A stretch of DNA of 64,000 bases, from contig JBBIRS010000001.1 of assembly GCA_037441675.1 (NCBI GenBank), positions 341,661 to 405,660 of the forward strand, read 5' to 3'. The DNA is from Planctomycetales bacterium. Lineage in GTDB: Bacteria; 4484-113. Under the pieces are notes generated by a model. It had not been told where the DNA came from and made no database searches. It was given only the letters and a program-made list of their open reading frames with translations. The position numbers and the translations under genes were made by a program. The first letter of the stretch is position 1; each line of letters starts with the position of its first letter. Below, piece after piece: positions 60,375-64,000 of this stretch.

Positions 60375-60870
60375 TCACTCCTTTTTGGCTTTTGCCTTTT
60401 GGCTTTTGCGGGAATTGGGCTTTGGCTCTTGACTGCCTTTCTCGCCAAGCTCTGATTCTAACCTAGCAATCTCCTTTGACGCCTCGGCGCGGGTCAGCTT
60501 CCGGATAGAGTCGTAATTAGGCTCTTCGTTGCGTTTCCGATAGAGGTATCCGATATACCGAATCTGCTTGTTGGTTATCGGTCCTTCGGGAGAATCGCTT
60601 TCCGCTTTGCCGTCATCGGGAATCTCTTCCACTAGCTCAGGATGCTCTTTTCTGAACTCCAGCACCGAGTCAATCATCCCGTAAATCTCTTCCAGCTTGC
60701 GCGTGACTTTCTCCGCGCACTTCTCAAAGGCTTCATCGGGAGTAATCGTATCCTCGTGCAGGAGAATGAGGATCAGCGGATTGACATCCTCCATCGCCAA
60801 GCCGTAATCCCTCGGAGAAAAAAAGGATAGCGAGCTTGAGTGTCTTATCCACCCTTTCAGCCATAAACAT
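60375..60870 (-). pseudogene. Hypothetical protein with ITNKQ..YI..L / LTR.EAS..I..L motif, probable frameshift in T-run ~60820
   Basis: RBS-like AAGGGGG before ATG near 60870; the downstream frame supplies ORF 60375-60800. Confidence 0.4.
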
Positions 60871-61248
60871 CACCCCCTTTCGTTTCGTAATTTTGGCTTG
60901 AAGCTCTTCTTCGGATAGCACGTCCGCCTCACCTAGCGCCAGCTCTTCAATGAGTTTGTCGTCATCCAGCATCTCCCCAAAGAGGGCAAGCTGTCTGCCT
61001 TCAATCGTCTCCGGCGGGACAATTGAGAGGATGGTTATTGACTCGCCATCGCAGGAGACGCGGAAGGTAAAGCCCGCCAGCTCAAGGTTAGTCTCGCCAA
61101 CGGGAACGCCCATCATCTCTCTCAGGGCAAGCGCGGTGAAGACGGAGAAGTGCTTCCGGTAGAGCTCGTCAAGTTTGTCTTTCCTGCCGTTATGCCAGCG
61201 GCAGAGCCAGACGAGCGAGCGCAAATGGCGCACAAGCAAGGGCATCAC
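60733..61248 (-). CDS. Hypothetical protein (3' end uncertain)
   Basis: Strong RBS AAGGAGG before the start. Confidence 0.5.
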   Translation of the reverse strand: MMPLLVRHLRSLVWLCRWHNGRKDKLDELYRKHFSVFTALALREMMGVPVGETNLELAGFTFRVSCDGESITILSIVPPETIEGRQLALFGEMLDDDKLIEELALGEADVLSEEELQAKITKRKGVMFMAERVDKTLKLAILFFSEGLRLGDGGCQSADPHSPARGYDYSR

Positions 61249-61367
61249 CTCCTTAGGTGGTGAAGTGAATCAAGGTGCTAAAGGAGCGAAGGGAGCCTTG
61301 CCTACTGTAGGCAAGCCTTGCCATAGTAGCAGACGGAAAGAAATCCGCAATAGCGTATTTAATAACC

Positions 61368-62962
61368 CTAGCCCTTCTCTATCTCCGGAGGCTCAATATC
61401 CTTTACGTTAGCTATCTCGCGTTTAATCCTCCCCCCCCTGTCTTCTAGCTCCGCCTCAATCTCACTTCTCTTACGCATAGCCTTTGAGCCTATCGCTTCT
61501 AAATCTATGACTCTTGCTTTTACTTCCATCGGCAGGGTCGTGAAGATGAGTGGTCTTTCAAACTTACCCTTCTGGAAGAAGCCCGCATGTCTCTGCGGGA
61601 GTCGCATCAGTTTGTTAAAGCAGAGTTCCCACTGCTCCTGTAGTGAGATGTGATACTCCTCTTCCGGCGTGGAAAGCCTAAGCTCAGCTTCCTCCTTTTC
61701 TAACATAACGTTAGTGGATTCCTCAGCAAGTCTCTCCGCATCCTTACGTGAGACCGGAAATATACCTGCGTTCCGGCGGAAGAGATAATTTGCTCAGCTA
61801 ATTCTCTGGAAAGCTGAGCAAGGGACTGGTGGGCAAGCGTTAAAGACAGCCCAAACTTCCTAGCCTCATTCATCAATACCGCAAACGACTCGGTCGCAAT
61901 GTTTTGGAATTCGTCTATGTAGAGATAGAAGGAAGTTCTTTCCTCCTTCTTCCTACTAAGCGTTGCCATCTCAATAGTTGCCATAAGGAGCGCACCTAAG
62001 AGGTCTGCGTTACCGCCGAGCCTGCCTTTACAGAGATTCACGAGGAGTATCCCTTGCTTATTCATTAGTTTCCCAATATCAAACGTGGACTTTTCCTGAG
62101 AAAGCAATAGTCTCACTCGGCAATCCGCCAGAAAGGCGGAGACCTTGTTCAGCGAGCTTTCTACCCAAGTAGACTTTTCCCTTTCGGGAAGGACCTCATA
62201 GCGGTACTTGAAATACCCCGCAAGCCTTTCATCTTTAGTCTTGCTAATCAGCAAGCCCCGGAAATCGCCGTCAGTGAAGACTCGCTCAAATTCATTCAGC
62301 GTGAGCTTATGAACAATGAGTAGCTCCAAGGTATGGCGTAGGATATCCTCCATTCTCGGTCCCCAAGAGTCTTCCCAGATGCGCCTGAACGCTAGGATGA
62401 GTTTGGCGACTTGTTCCTCCGTGGAGAAGCCTTCCTTTGGCTCTAAGGGATTAAAGCTAACGAGCGCGTCTTCCCGGCTAGGGTCAATCAAGACAACTTT
62501 TTCCGCTCTATCTTTGGTGAACGGCAGGACTGACTCAATCAAATCTCCGTGAGGGTCAATGACGCCTACTCCGCGTCCTTCCTGTATATCCTGAACGATT
62601 AGGTTGTGAAGCAAAGAAGATTTGCCTGTTCCGGTTGCGCCGATAACGTAGCAGTGAGTAGAGCGTTCAACTTCATTCGCAGAAAGAGGGATTCTCATCC
62701 CTTTGTTCTCGTATTCCCCGAAAATAATCTCACGCCCTACATAGACTTCCTCAGCTCTCTCACGAGCTTCGTTTCTCATCGCCACTAGCTGATTGATTTC
62801 TTCCTCAACCATTCTCCGATGAAGTATGCCTTCACCAACGGTTTCGTCTTCCCAGTGGTACGTGAGTCTTGCCATCATTCTGGCGACAACCAATCCAATC
62901 AAGAGCGGAATGACGAGGAAAATGACAAGCAGACCTAGAAGGATTTCAGTGAAATAACCCAA
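61368..62962 (-). pseudogene. VirD4/TraG/TrwB-like coupling ATPase, frameshifted
   Basis: N-terminal TM, GATGTGKS, VIDPHGD, WGPRME..L, YLYIDEFQN, EARKFGL.L.LAHQ; a 1-nt deletion ~61753 separates YFRVSRKDAE from the tail ORF. Confidence 0.85.
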
Positions 62963-62992
62963 CTCATTCCCTGAACCTATTTAGAATGAGCG

Positions 62993-63020
62993 CAGATTAT
63001 AGCATCTCTGCTATAATCTG
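62993..63020. promoter_or_regulatory. Perfect 12-bp inverted repeat containing two outward-facing extended -10 boxes
   Basis: CAGATTATAGCA-tctc-TGCTATAATCTG between divergent genes. Confidence 0.6.
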
Positions 63021-63024
63021 TTGA

Positions 63025-63701
63025 ATGAAGGAGGAACTAGTGCCAATGCTCAAGATCGGTAAGCTATCTATGATTTTCTTTCTTATTACCTTATTTTTTT
63101 CTATTTTCTGCAATGGTTTGTAATTTCTTACCTTATTACTGTGCTCAGCGGGATGTCAACAGCCAATACGACAAGAACATTCGCTATTATGCTGAATTCA
63201 ATCACCTAGTCGACGAGTTCGCCCAGGCTCAAGAGCCCGAGGATGAAGATGACCAGAGAAAACGTCTCTTAACTGTGCTCGAGCATAGCCTAGACCTCTA
63301 TACTCAAATTACTAATGACACCGCTTACTCCGAATTTATCAAGCCTTATCCGGAACCACCAACCCTTCCCATTCAGGAACTCAACGTAACCCCACCACCC
63401 AGCAAGTTTTCTTACGACATCCTTACTGACCGCCGTCAATCATATCAATCAGATATAAATTTCACAGCCTTACTGGTACGTTCAGAGCTACTTATGAAAT
63501 ATGGCCGAGTGTCTGCAGTTTTTACTACGCATTAACACGACCCTGAGTTCCAAGGATTCTAAGCTAGATGCAATGCAGAGAGAAATAACCTCGGGAAAGG
63601 GAGGTTTTAACGCTTTCGCAACGCTTTTATACGCGCTTGCCAGTATCATGAGTACTGTTGCGGGTTGGTTGTTACCTAAATTTAATTCTATAAGACACTG
63701 A
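63025..63701 (+). pseudogene. Hypothetical two-TM membrane protein, apparently two frameshifts
   Basis: Hydrophobic N-terminal frame, ORF 63113-63535 and ORF 63501-63701 join through T-runs. Confidence 0.45.
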
Positions 63702-63768
63702 CTCTACCTATCACAGTTTATTCCCCGCACCTTCTTGAAGCCGACAAGCCCAGCCTATGACATTCCAT

Positions 63769-63945
63769 CGGCGGGAGGGGCGTAGTCGGGTTCAAAGTAA
63801 AAGAGAGAAACATAGACTAGGACTAGGCGGAAGCCCTGTCTAGGGTATACTTTCCGTAAGTATAGGCGTATGTAGGGGTAAACGATCCACTTTTGGAGGC
63901 TCAAATGGTAGACTCAAAGAGCGTTTGATAATCATTCCACAGTGT
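63769..63945 (-). repeat. Right long inverted repeat
   Basis: Reverse complement of 49790-49965; weaker match extends to 63954. Confidence 0.95.
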
Positions 63946-64000
63946 CCGCTTTGATTGTATAAAGTAAGATAGATATACTACGCACAGCTAAATGAAGTTC

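Larger units (their letters stand above)
49781..63954. mobile_element. ~14.2-kb inverted-repeat-bounded island with relaxase, coupling protein and decayed defence cargo
   Basis: ~177-bp inverted repeats at both ends; mobility and defence genes; visibly GC-richer core; dense lesions compared with flanking housekeeping genes. Confidence 0.75.

Noticed and set aside
63894..63931. GGAGG plus ATG micro-ORF (MVDSKSV) within the inverted repeat
   Set aside because: Only seven codons, and the RBS differs in the other copy; no support for translation.
1..64000. CRISPR array, tRNA or rRNA genes
   Set aside because: I found no regularly spaced repeats, cloverleafs or rRNA-like sequence by eye; the AddB Cas4-like domain is explained by addAB.

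Overview
Bacterial chromosomal window, probably from an anaerobe (inferred from the Hdr/Mvh cluster); the taxon cannot be assigned from sequence alone. Positions 1-49.6 kb are mostly housekeeping and energy genes. These include addAB, leuS, comEA, rpmB, hypB, a 6S RNA, iscS, and a Cys-rich MerR regulator heading hdrC-hdrB-hdrA(L-type)-mvhD-mvhG-mvhA. They continue with tatBC, infC-rpmI-rplT-pheS, holA, thiL, pheT, a decayed type ISP R-M locus, ftcD, an uncharacterised four-gene membrane cluster, a circularly permuted ccdA, plsY, iaaA and mutM with Val in place of the catalytic Pro2. Positions ~49.78-63.95 kb form a ~14.2 kb island bracketed by ~177-bp near-identical inverted repeats. The island has no recognisable integrase or transposase. 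It carries a Replic_Relax (MOBC-like) relaxase, a VirD4/TraG-like coupling ATPase, a Zn-ribbon gene and a defence cassette (Eco57I-like MTase, OLD nuclease, PLD-SNF2 helicase), plus an ~800-nt non-coding zone that includes a 240-nt nested stem structure behind its own promoter. Nearly all island genes except the relaxase carry stops or frameshifts. All calls come from motif reading by eye; no searches were run.
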